From contig MHFR01000042.1 in NCBI GenBank assembly GCA_001804285.1, positions 78,725-142,724 on the forward strand: 64,000 nt of DNA, given 5' to 3'. Shown one piece after another: positions 9,940 through 21,257 of this stretch. The position numbers and the translations under genes were made by a program. The notes under the pieces were generated by a model. It saw only the letters and a list, made by a program, of their open reading frames with translations, was not told the origin of the DNA and made no database searches. Every line of letters starts with the position of its first letter. Within the stretch, counting starts at the first letter, position 1. Origin of the DNA: Candidatus Danuiimicrobium aquiferis (GTDB lineage: Bacteria; Omnitrophota; Omnitrophia; Omnitrophales; Danuiimicrobiaceae).

Positions 9940-10209
9940 TCAAGAAATAGCTTCTGCGTCTTTGGTCAAAATAGTGACTTGATTATTTAAAACTTCAATA
10001 ATCCCGGAGCCGATTTTGAAGAACCGGTCACCCGATTGATCGGCTTCATTGATTTTTAACCGGCCGCCGTTTGAGCAGGCGATCAAGGGAGCGTGATTCG
10101 GGAGGATGCCGAAGGAACCGATGTTTCCGGGTGCGACCATGGAACTTACACGGCCGGAATAGAAGGCTTTTTCCGGAGTAACGATTTTTAGAAGAAATGG
10201 TTCAGCCAT
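9940..10209 (-). CDS. atpC: F1 ATP synthase epsilon subunit, short form (89 aa, beta-sandwich only)
   Basis: Position directly after atpD; beta-sandwich N-domain motifs; C-terminal helical hairpin absent. Confidence 0.75.
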   Translation of the reverse strand: MAEPFLLKIVTPEKAFYSGRVSSMVAPGNIGSFGILPNHAPLIACSNGGRLKINEADQSGDRFFKIGSGIIEVLNNQVTILTKDAEAIS

Positions 10210-10211
10210 AG

Positions 10212-12516
<2,305 letters not shown>

Positions 12517-12517
<1 letters not shown>

Positions 12518-14034
12518 TACGCTTTTATCCTTTCGAGAAAGCCGGCTTTGAATTTCCGAACGGCAGATTCCAACGCTTTTATCATTTCATCTGAGATCAC
12601 TTTTTTTGTTTCAATGTCATGTTCGATGGCCGGATGTTTTTCTTCGATAAATTTAAAAAATTCAGCTTCAAACTTTTTAATCCACTCAAGCTTGAGGTCG
12701 TCGAGATATCCGCGTGTTCCGGCAAACAAAATCAGGACTTGTTTCGCAAGCGGCATGGTCGAAAGAATGTCTTGTTTTAAAATTTCCACCATTCGCTCGC
12801 CGTGAGTTAATTGATCGCGCGTTGATTTGTCGAGATCTGCCGAAAGCTGAGCAAACGCCGCGAGTTCGCGGTATTGGGCTAAGTCAAGGCGGAGCATTCC
12901 GGCCACTTGTTTCATAGCTTTGGTTTGCGCATTGCCGCCGACGCGTGACACCGAAAGGCCGACATTGACGGCCGGCCGAACCCCTGAATAAAACAGATCA
13001 CCTTCCAAGTAAATTTGTCCGTCCGTAATGGAAATGACATTGGTCGGGATGTAAGCCGAGATATCGCCGGCCTGTGTTTCGATAATCGGAAGGGCGGTCA
13101 AAGAGCCAGCGCCTTTTTCATCGTTTAATTTTGCCGCGCGTTCGAGGAGTCGGGAATGAAGATAAAAAACATCTCCCGGATACGCTTCCCGTCCGGGCGG
13201 GCGCTGAAGCAGAAGGGAAAGCTGGCGGTACGCTTGAGCATGTTTCGAAAGATCGTCATAAACACAGAGTGCGTGTTTTCCGTTATACAAAAATTCCTCG
13301 GCCATCGCGCAACCGGCGTATGGCGCCAAATATTGAAGCGGAGCGGCATTTTCGGAAGAAGCGACGACAATGGTGGTATATTCCATCGCGCCTTCTTTTT
13401 CAAGCATTTGCGCGAGCTGGACGACCGTCGAAAGTTTTTGCCCGATCGCAACGTAAACGCAATAAACGTCTTTGCCTTTTTGATTCACAATGGTATCGAT
13501 TGCGATCGCCGTTTTCCCCGTTTGCCGGTCGCCGATAATAAGTTCGCGCTGTCCGCGTCCGATCGGGATCATGGAATCGATTGCTTTAATTCCGGTTTGA
13601 AGCGGTTCTTTGACCGGCTGGCGTTCGATCACGTTTGGCGGAATTTTTTCAATGGGCCGGAATGTTTGTGCCGCAATGGGGCCTTTTTCGTCAAGCGGTT
13701 CACCAAGCGCATTGACAATGCGTCCCACCAACGCTTTACCGACCGGAACGGATGCGATTTTTCCGGTTCGCCGGACCAGGCTTCCTTCTTTAATATTTTC
13801 ATCCGATCCTAAAATGACAACGCCGACATTACTGGTTTCAAGATTAAGCACAAGCCCGATGGTTTTATCTTCAAACTCCACAAGTTCGGCCGCCATCACG
13901 TCATCCAAACCGTAGACACGCGCAATTCCGTCGCCGACTTGGACGACGTAGCCGACCGATTCCATGTTGAGTTTCTTTTCATATTTTTCAATTTCAGTTT
14001 TGATGGCCGATGTCACTTCTTCTGGTTTTAGCAT
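12517..14034 (-). CDS. atpA: F1 ATP synthase alpha subunit
   Basis: Walker A GDRQTGKT; full-length alpha conservation. Confidence 0.95.
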
Positions 14035-14053
14035 AATGGGTTACCTTTTATTG

Positions 14054-14102
14054 GTAGGGGCAATTCCTGCCTCGCCGGCAGGCGGGCATGAATTGCCCCT
14101 AC
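14054..14102. repeat. REP-like palindrome GTAGGGGCAATTC[21-bp insert]ATGAATTGCCCCTAC, intergenic atpA-atpH
   Basis: Same palindrome arms as the copies at 39322 and 39606. Confidence 0.8.
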
Positions 14103-14105
14103 GTT

Positions 14106-14651
14106 CTAAGAATGCATGGTACACAACTCACGTTTCAATTCATTTAATTTTGTCCGAAGAGTCCCGTCAATCAGTAAATGGCCGAGCCTGAGTTGAATTC
14201 CGCCGATGAGATCGGGCTCGACTCGTGTTTTATAAATGACGGTTTTCCGCGTTCTGGCTTCCAAGGCTTTGCGGATTTTTTCTCGTATATTTTCCGAGAG
14301 AGATCTTGCCGCAACAATGGTGGCTTCGACGAGCCCTTTTCGTTCATTTAAAAGATTGCTGAAATGTTTTGAAATCGATGGCCACAGCTCGGTCCGGTTT
14401 TTTTCAATTAAGACAAGAAGGAATTTTTTGACAAGCGATTCCGGATTGGATTCGAATATTTTACTTGCCAGCGCACGTTTTTCGGATTTGTTAATAACGG
14501 GGCTGTCAAACAAGGCGAAGGCACGCGAATTTTTTGAAAAAAAAGCGGAAAGTGCTTCAAGCTCCACAAGTGCCGAATCACTCAAATTTTTATTTTCTGC
14601 AATCTGAAAAAGCGCTTTGGTGTATCGTTCGACTGCGAGGTTTGTTTTCAT
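14106..14651 (-). CDS. atpH: F1 ATP synthase delta (OSCP) subunit
   Basis: Operon position between atpF and atpA; helical OSCP-like protein. Confidence 0.8.
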   Translation of the reverse strand: MKTNLAVERYTKALFQIAENKNLSDSALVELEALSAFFSKNSRAFALFDSPVINKSEKRALASKIFESNPESLVKKFLLVLIEKNRTELWPSISKHFSNLLNERKGLVEATIVAARSLSENIREKIRKALEARTRKTVIYKTRVEPDLIGGIQLRLGHLLIDGTLRTKLNELKRELCTMHS

Positions 14652-15148
14652 TTCTGTTTCTCGATTTCCCGGATGATATCCAAAATAATTTCCTCGTCTT
14701 TTGCGGCGTCGATTTTCCGTTGGAGCAGCCGTTCGGTTGCTAAGATGGTTAGACCGGCAATCTCGTGTTGCAAAGATGCTTTTGCTTTGTCGATTTCGAG
14801 CTCAATATCGCTTTTTGCTTTGTCTAAAATCGACCGGGCATTTTGACGCGCTTCATCCTGAAGTTCGCGGCTGATGCGTTTCCCGTCGGCAATGACTTGT
14901 TGAAGTTTTTCTCGCGCCTGATCTTCAATTTGTGCCAGATGCATTTCATAGGTTGTCCGAAGCGATTCGACTTCTTTTTTTGCCTGCTCAATCTTTTCAA
15001 GCTCAAGACGGATTCGTTCCCGCCTCGCATCCATGGCGCCCAGGATTTTTGACCAAGCAAAGGTTTTGAGCACCCATAAGATGATGAGGAAAGCGATGAG
15101 CTGAACAAAAACTTCTTTTAGATTAATTGCGGAAGCAAAGAAATCCAT
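14648..15148 (-). CDS. atpF: Fo ATP synthase subunit b
   Basis: Single N-terminal TM helix followed by a long charged helix; operon position. Confidence 0.8.
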   Translation of the reverse strand: MDFFASAINLKEVFVQLIAFLIILWVLKTFAWSKILGAMDARRERIRLELEKIEQAKKEVESLRTTYEMHLAQIEDQAREKLQQVIADGKRISRELQDEARQNARSILDKAKSDIELEIDKAKASLQHEIAGLTILATERLLQRKIDAAKDEEIILDIIREIEKQK

Positions 15149-15159
15149 AGGTAACCGGA

Positions 15160-15390
15160 TTAAATTTTACCCATCAGCGCAAACCCGAACACGAGCGCGT
15201 AAAGCGTGAGTGCTTCGATGAGCGCGCATCCTGCCATCATATTAACGAGAATTTTCGTGCTGGCCTCGGGTTGGCGCGCCGTTGCGTCCATTGCTGCTGC
15301 GACTGCTTTACCGATTCCAAACGCGGAAGCGAATCCCGTGATCGCGAGTCCGATCGGAAGTGCAAAAGCTAAAGCCATGTGTGAATCCAT
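15160..15390 (-). CDS. atpE: Fo ATP synthase subunit c
   Basis: 76-aa two-helix proteolipid with conserved acidic residue in helix 2. Confidence 0.85.
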   Translation of the reverse strand: MDSHMALAFALPIGLAITGFASAFGIGKAVAAAMDATARQPEASTKILVNMMAGCALIEALTLYALVFGFALMGKI

Positions 15391-15411
15391 TGTAAAGTCT
15401 CCTTTCTATTT

Positions 15412-16272
15412 CTAATGGTTGATTGTTGTTGGTGAATGGGCCAATTCTTTTTCCTCATGGGCCCCATGATCCTCATGAGGAAGTACTTGTGAAATATAAA
15501 CGGTAGATAATAGCATAAAAACAAAAGCCTGAACAAAACTAAACGCAATGGCTAACAAATTAGCAAACAGCTGCAGTAAAAAGGGAATGCCCTTAAACAT
15601 GACATTTAATTCAGCAAATTTAAAGAGAAGCATATCTTCGCTCGAAATATTCGCAAACAAACGAAGGGAAAGGCTCAGGGGAACGGCGACCCATTCGATA
15701 ACAATATTGATGGCGAGCATGAGCGGAATTAACACCAGTCCGAACGCATTGCTCGGATTTCCCGCCATATGTTTGAGATAACTAAAAAAGCTCTGTTCGC
15801 GAATCCCTGTGTATTGAACATAAACCATTACGCAAAGGGCAAGAGCGATTGTGGTGCTCCACGAGGAAGTGGGCGATTTCATGAGGGGAACAAGCCCGCT
15901 CCAGTCCATGAGGAGAATATAAAGGAATAAAGTTCCGAGAAAAGGCAGATGTTTCCTTCCGTGAGACCCAAGAATGCTTGAGACAAAGCCTTCGATGGCT
16001 TCCACGATAAATTCCCAAACGTTTTGAATGCCTTTCGGGATGATACTTTTTTGCCTGGCTGCATAAAGAGCCGTTAGGCAAATCAATAAGGCAATCAGGG
16101 TACAAAAAAAGATGTTTTCCCATTGATGAATGAAATGAAAAAACAGGGAATCCGGCCAAAGCTGGCTCAATAGGGTTGTTATATTGGGAAGTTCATGACT
16201 TCCCGAATGAGCCGCGTGAGACGCTCCGGCGTGTGCCGCAATTTGATGCGCTGCTTGAAGAGTTTCTTCCAT
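15412..16272 (-). CDS. atpB: Fo ATP synthase subunit a; the track ORF extends to 16380, but the start is reassigned to ATG at 16272 (MEETLQ), one base after the stop of the upstream gene
   Basis: Conserved Arg-containing helix (LSLRLFANI) and polytopic profile. The N-terminal extension in the ORF track overlaps the upstream gene. Confidence 0.8.
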   Translation of the reverse strand: MEETLQAAHQIAAHAGASHAAHSGSHELPNITTLLSQLWPDSLFFHFIHQWENIFFCTLIALLICLTALYAARQKSIIPKGIQNVWEFIVEAIEGFVSSILGSHGRKHLPFLGTLFLYILLMDWSGLVPLMKSPTSSWSTTIALALCVMVYVQYTGIREQSFFSYLKHMAGNPSNAFGLVLIPLMLAINIVIEWVAVPLSLSLRLFANISSEDMLLFKFAELNVMFKGIPFLLQLFANLLAIAFSFVQAFVFMLLSTVYISQVLPHEDHGAHEEKELAHSPTTINH

Positions 16273-16274
16273 CG

Positions 16275-16532
16275 TTACGCCTTCGGTTGAGAATTTAAAT
16301 GTTTCTGAAGATTTCGAAGCAAATGATAAACCTGAAGGCCGGAGCCGGCCATTCCGAGAACCATTAAAACCGGAGTCCAAATTTCATTGAGGCCAAAATA
16401 CTTCAATAAAACATAATGCCCGATGAGGTATCCGCCCAGCGGCCCGCTGATCAAAATCATGGGCATGGTTAAAGCAAGTCCAAGCACCCATAACGTTCGT
16501 TCCGGTTTTTTTTCATTTAGCATCAAAGACAT
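16275..16532 (-). CDS. Small membrane protein at the head of the atp operon (AtpI/AtpZ-like)
   Basis: 85 aa, two TM helices, position immediately upstream of atpB. Confidence 0.45.
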   Translation of the reverse strand: MSLMLNEKKPERTLWVLGLALTMPMILISGPLGGYLIGHYVLLKYFGLNEIWTPVLMVLGMAGSGLQVYHLLRNLQKHLNSQPKA

Positions 16533-16771
16533 AGCAGTGAGAATATTTTATAAGTTCAACGTTATCAATTATTTGCGGCAATTTCCCCGCGGGCCATTGA
16601 ATTAACTTTAATCATTATGTTAAAACAACCACTTTAAGTCAATTGTAAAGATAGAAGAGCTTTTTTAAAGGAAAGCTACATTATTTTTGAATTTATTCGA
16701 TAATATTATTATCTTACATACTCAACCTGACCGTTTTTTTTGATTGAGCAGTTTACAACACTTTATGCTGC

Positions 16772-16838
16772 GTCATTCCCGAAAGCTTTTGTCGGGAATC
16801 TACAGCCTTAGATTCCCGCTTAAAACTTGCGGGAATGA
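16772..16838. repeat. Paired-hairpin element, same family
   Basis: GTCATTCCCGA..TCGGGAATC and GATTCCCGC..GCGGGAATGAC. Confidence 0.8.
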
Positions 16839-16885
16839 CAAAAAACCGGTCAACCTGAGTTACATAGAAAGGTTGTTCATAACAT

Positions 16886-17242
16886 ATGCGAAAAAACGAT
16901 TACGACGAATTCGAATTAAAATTTTTTGAACGACTTTTGAAGGCCAATCCCCATTTTGTGGACGCGATGCATCCTTTGGCAGAGGCGTATACGCGCAAAG
17001 GCCTTTATGAAAAGGGGCTTGAAATCGATCGACGGCTTTCTAAGTTGTGCCCGGGAGATCCGATTGTTCATTATAATTTAGCGTGCAGCTTGGCGCTCGT
17101 GGGCTCGAAAGAAGAATCCTTGAATGTGCTCAAGACATCCATTAAAATGGGTTATCGCGACTTCCATCATATGCAGCGGGATCCGGATTTGAAAAGCTTG
17201 CGAGAAGATCCCCGGTTTCAGAAGCTGACGAAGAAAAGCTAA
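16886..17242 (+). CDS. Tetratricopeptide-repeat protein
   Basis: TPR-like helical repeats (AEAYTRKGLYEKGLEIDRR...YNLACSLALVG). Confidence 0.55.
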   Translation: MRKNDYDEFELKFFERLLKANPHFVDAMHPLAEAYTRKGLYEKGLEIDRRLSKLCPGDPIVHYNLACSLALVGSKEESLNVLKTSIKMGYRDFHHMQRDPDLKSLREDPRFQKLTKKS

Positions 17243-17440
17243 CCCGACTTTCACATCGATTTTGAGAATCGGTGCGAAAGTCGCTTTGGGCGCAAGTGGT
17301 TGCGCCCAAAGTTTTGCGCCATTTTTAAATTAGGGCGCAAAAGATAAGCCCTGCGTCGCAAAGATATAAACCATCTTTGCACCGCAGCTCTTACGAGCGG
17401 AATTTCTTTATTAATGATGAGAAATCCGGGCTAATATTGA
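17243..17440. repeat. MITE-like element, single unit (forward)
   Basis: AACCCGACTTTC(A/T)CATCGATTTTGAGAATCG...GGGCGCAAAAGATAAGCCCTGCGTCGCAAAGA...CTTACGAGCGGAATTTCTT matches the first unit at 7519. Confidence 0.85.
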
Positions 17441-17466
17441 AGCCGGCAGATCGGGAGGCTTGAAAC

Positions 17467-18081
17467 ATGATTAATCTTGTTGTGGCGTTGCCCGCAGAAG
17501 CAAAACCGATTATCCAGCATTTTGATCTTGAAAAAGCAAACAACCCGGAACCTTTCCAAATTTATCAGAACGGGAATTTTTCCCTTATTATTTCAGGTGT
17601 CGGTAAAATGGCGGCTTCGTTTGCGACAGCCTACCTTTATGTTTTCCTCGGAAAAAAACCAAATCAAGCATGGCTTAATATCGGAATTGCCGGGCACAGA
17701 CGGTATTCGATCGGCGAATCATTTCTCGCGCATCAAATGATCGATCGAGAAACATCGCGAACATGGAATCTTCCTCTTGTTTCGCAGTCGCTATGTCCTT
17801 CAGAAACTGTATGTACGGTTGAGCAAGCCGAAGAGCTTTATACGGAATCTTATCTTTATGATATGGAAGGAAGCGGTTTTTATGCAACCGCCCGGCGATT
17901 TTCCATCGCGGAATGCATTCAATGTTTTAAAATCGTGTCGGATAATCCTAATTTTCCCTGTAAAAAAATCACCGCTTCGATGGTTGAAAAATTAATCCGG
18001 TCAAAACTCGACACCATCGAGGCGATTACGAATGAATTAGATGAATTCATTTCCCACCAAAGCAAGGTTGTTCTCCGGTAA
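17467..18081 (+). CDS. Nucleoside phosphorylase-family hydrolase (MTA/SAH nucleosidase or futalosine hydrolase-like)
   Basis: N-terminal MINLVVALPAEAKP and later GIAGHRR resemble the PNP_UDP_1 fold; specific enzyme not assignable. Confidence 0.45.
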   Translation: MINLVVALPAEAKPIIQHFDLEKANNPEPFQIYQNGNFSLIISGVGKMAASFATAYLYVFLGKKPNQAWLNIGIAGHRRYSIGESFLAHQMIDRETSRTWNLPLVSQSLCPSETVCTVEQAEELYTESYLYDMEGSGFYATARRFSIAECIQCFKIVSDNPNFPCKKITASMVEKLIRSKLDTIEAITNELDEFISHQSKVVLR

Positions 18082-18173
18082 CGTTTTACGTAATCACGTT
18101 TCCACGATGCCACGCAGCCACGAAAAAGAATAAAATTCCCGGCTGTTGTCCCGCACTCTTCTGACGGTGGTTT

Positions 18174-19613
18174 CTAAAAAACCGGGAACTGGGTGAGGGC
18201 TTTTTCGATGAGGTGAATGACGTGAGACGGGAAAATGCCGATGAGAAGGACGAAGACAAAGGTTGTGATCAATGTGAGTTGAAGTGATAAGGGATTCTGA
18301 ATGGGGGTAACGGTTTTATTTGTCCGCAAATACATGGCGCGGATAATCCGGAAATAATAATAGGCGGCGACGGCGGAATTAAGGGCAATTGCGATTGCAA
18401 GCACGATCGCATCGGCTTTTAGGACTGCCATGAAAATGAAAACCTTTCCGACAAATCCGGCAAGAGGAGGGATTCCCGCAAGCGAAAGAAGAAACACAGC
18501 CATTGAAAGCGCAAGGAACGGATTCCTTTGGGCCAGGCCGTCATAGGCGTCCACTTCGTTTGAATCGGTTTCACGTTCAACGGCGATGACCGTAAAAAAA
18601 GCACCCAGGTTTGTAAATAAGTACGCCAGCAAATAAATTAAAACCGCGCGTAAGCCAAGCACACCCGGAACCGCGAGGCCTGCGAGAACATATCCCGCTT
18701 GAGCAATGCTTGAATAGGCAAGCATGCGTTTAATGTCTGCTTGTGTGATTGCAATAATATTTCCGACCGTCATTGTCAAAATCGAAAGGACGGCAAGCAG
18801 ATTTCCCCAGTGGCTGGCAAGATGAGGAAAAGCGTAAAACAGGACGCGAATGATTACGGCAAATCCGAGAGCTTTCGGTGCGACCGTGAGAAGTGCCGTG
18901 ACCGGCGTCGGTGCGCCCTGATAAACATCCGGGGCCCACATGTGAAACGGAACAATTGAAATTTTAAACCCCAGTCCTACCAGCATGAAAAGGAGCCCGA
19001 CTAAACCGATCGCGTGCATCCCGGAGTTTGCCGATTGAAATGCCGAACCGATTGCCAGCAAGTCGATCGATTGCGTTGCGCCGAAAAGGAGGGACATTCC
19101 GAAAAGCATGGACGCAGATGAAACCGCGCCGAAAAGTAGATATTTGAGGGATGCTTCCGCGGATTGTTTGTTGAATTTTTGAATTCCGGTCAGAACATAG
19201 GAAGTCATTGAGACCGATTCGACAGCGAGAAAAATCATCAAAAGATTTGTTGCGGCGCCCATGACGGTCAGTAGCACACCGAAGCCGAGCAGGAGGAAAT
19301 AAAATTCACCGTGAAGCGAAACAGGGATTTTTTTAAAGGCGAAGCTTGCGAGAATCGTCAATCCGACTGCGGTCAGAGCGAGAAGTCTAAAAAATTGAGC
19401 GAAAAAATCAATCGTAAAGAAATTAAAAAAAAGACCGGTGGCCGGATATGTTTGCGTGCCGGCAAATATTAAAGCTGCGCCGACGGATAAGACGCTGATC
19501 CAGCCGAGCAGTTTTTTATTGGAGATAAAAAAGTCCATCACCAGAACCATGAAGGCGGTTCCGATCAAAATAAGTTCTGTGGTGCAAAACGGGAGGCTAT
19601 TGATTGCGTTCAC
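18174..19613 (-). CDS. nuoN: NADH-quinone oxidoreductase subunit N
   Basis: 14-TM antiporter-like subunit; last gene of the nuo cluster. Confidence 0.9.
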   Translation of the reverse strand: MNAINSLPFCTTELILIGTAFMVLVMDFFISNKKLLGWISVLSVGAALIFAGTQTYPATGLFFNFFTIDFFAQFFRLLALTAVGLTILASFAFKKIPVSLHGEFYFLLLGFGVLLTVMGAATNLLMIFLAVESVSMTSYVLTGIQKFNKQSAEASLKYLLFGAVSSASMLFGMSLLFGATQSIDLLAIGSAFQSANSGMHAIGLVGLLFMLVGLGFKISIVPFHMWAPDVYQGAPTPVTALLTVAPKALGFAVIIRVLFYAFPHLASHWGNLLAVLSILTMTVGNIIAITQADIKRMLAYSSIAQAGYVLAGLAVPGVLGLRAVLIYLLAYLFTNLGAFFTVIAVERETDSNEVDAYDGLAQRNPFLALSMAVFLLSLAGIPPLAGFVGKVFIFMAVLKADAIVLAIAIALNSAVAAYYYFRIIRAMYLRTNKTVTPIQNPLSLQLTLITTFVFVLLIGIFPSHVIHLIEKALTQFPVF

Positions 19614-21073
19614 GCCTGAACTCCCATGATATTAAGCAGGTTTGTAATGCCGGTTGTCATAAAATGGAGCGCGACTTTCGGATAAATGCCGATCAAAAGA
19701 ATCAAAATCATAAGTGGCACGAGCGTAAAAATTTCGCGTGCATTCATATCCGGCAAATTTTCCCATTTCGGATTGAGTTTTCCGAGCAGAACGCGCTGGA
19801 TCATGTAAAGAAGGTAACACGCGGCCAATAAAATACCCAAGCACGAAAACCCGGTCATCCACGGATGAACCGGAAAGCTTCCCATCAGGATCATGAATTC
19901 ACTGACGAATCCCGCAAGGCCGGGAAGTCCGAGGGATGCAAGTGAAATAAAAATCAGAAATCCGCCGTAAACGGTCATTTTAGCGAACAGGCCGCCGAAT
20001 CCGTCAAGATCGCGTATATGGGCCCGGTCATAAAGGACGCCGACGAGTAAGAAGAGCGCGCCGGTGATGAGTCCGTGCGTGACCATTTGCATCATTCCGC
20101 CTTGAAATCCGGCCAGCGTGAATGCGGAAAGGCCGAGGAGGATAAAGCCCATGTGGCTGACGCTCGAATAAGCGACCATGCTTTTAAAATCTTTCTGCGC
20201 GAAGGCGACGAATCCTCCGTAGACGATTCCGATCACAGCCAAAATGCCCATGGCCGGTCCGAACCAAACGGCTGCTTCGGGCAGGATCGGATAACTGATC
20301 CGGTAAAATCCGTACGTGCCCATTTTGAGGAGAACGCCTGCCAGAATGACGCTGATCGGTGTCGGTGCTTCGACGTGTGCGTCGGGAAGCCATGTATGGA
20401 ACGGGAATATCGGAACTTTAATCGCAAAACCGAAAAAGAGCGCGAGAAAAACAATCTGCTGAAATTGAAGAGGGAAGGATTGTTTTGCGAGATCCATGAT
20501 GTCGAAAGTGTGAGAGCTGCTTGTAAGATAAAGCGCCAAAATTCCAAGTAGCATGAATAAACTTCCGGCCAATGTGTACAGGAAAAATTTAATGGCGGCG
20601 TATTCTTTTCTCGGCCCGCCCCAAATTCCGATCAGAAAATACATCGGCACCAAAACGATTTCCCAGAAAATATAGAAAAGGAAAAGATCGATTGAAAGAA
20701 AAGTGCCCATGATGCCGGTTTGGAGCAGAAGGTAAAGCGCGAAATATTCCTTTAAGCGTTCTTTAATCCCAAAAGAAGCGATGCAGGCCAGAAAACCCAA
20801 AAGGCCGGAGACGAACACCATCGGAAGATTGATCCCGTCGATGCCAAGATGATAGAAGACATTCATCTGCGGAATCCAACTGAAATGTTCAACGAATTGG
20901 AGTCCGGTTGCTTGTGCGTCAAACCGGAACAAGAGATACACGGAAAGCACAAATTGGATTCCCGTGATCATTGTTGCGATCGTTTGAATCAACCGGCGGT
21001 TATCTTTGTGCAAGCAAAGAATGATGATCATTCCCGCGACCGGCAGAAAAATTAACGATGATAAAATAGGCAT
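19610..21073 (-). CDS. nuoM: NADH-quinone oxidoreductase subunit M; start reassigned to ATG at 21073, preceded by AAGGAG. The track ORF is extended to 21142 across a repeat element.
   Basis: Antiporter-like subunit conservation; strong RBS; upstream extension encodes repeat-derived WIPAFAGMT. Confidence 0.9.
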   Translation of the reverse strand: MPILSSLIFLPVAGMIIILCLHKDNRRLIQTIATMITGIQFVLSVYLLFRFDAQATGLQFVEHFSWIPQMNVFYHLGIDGINLPMVFVSGLLGFLACIASFGIKERLKEYFALYLLLQTGIMGTFLSIDLFLFYIFWEIVLVPMYFLIGIWGGPRKEYAAIKFFLYTLAGSLFMLLGILALYLTSSSHTFDIMDLAKQSFPLQFQQIVFLALFFGFAIKVPIFPFHTWLPDAHVEAPTPISVILAGVLLKMGTYGFYRISYPILPEAAVWFGPAMGILAVIGIVYGGFVAFAQKDFKSMVAYSSVSHMGFILLGLSAFTLAGFQGGMMQMVTHGLITGALFLLVGVLYDRAHIRDLDGFGGLFAKMTVYGGFLIFISLASLGLPGLAGFVSEFMILMGSFPVHPWMTGFSCLGILLAACYLLYMIQRVLLGKLNPKWENLPDMNAREIFTLVPLMILILLIGIYPKVALHFMTTGITNLLNIMGVQA

Positions 21074-21091
21074 ATAAAACTCCTTTTGACT

Positions 21092-21239
21092 GTTATTCCC
21101 GCCCCGTATCTGTGTCATTCCCGCGAAGGCGGGAATCCACATGCCGAGTAAATCTCAGCGAGAATTATGGATCCCCGCTAACCCCGGAAAAGCTGGGGCC
21201 GGCCCTTTCTTTCCCAAGGGAAACTTGCGGGGATGACAA
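21092..21239. repeat. Composite paired-hairpin elements between nuoL and nuoM (includes the long-loop variant GGATCCCCGC taaccccggaaaagctggggccggccctttctttcccaagggaaactt GCGGGGATGAC)
   Basis: Stems match the family; the loop has nested mini-hairpins. Confidence 0.8.
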
Positions 21240-21257
21240 CGCTTTAATAATGTCACT

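Noticed and set aside
21074-21142. N-terminal extensions of track ORFs for nuoM, nuoK, atpB, rnhA, the BNR gene and ORF 4714-4920, encoding peptides such as WIPAFAGMT
   Set aside because: These extensions read through paired-hairpin or CAATGACC repeats and overlap upstream genes. Internal ATGs with RBS or ATGA coupling give the conserved protein N-termini, so starts were trimmed.
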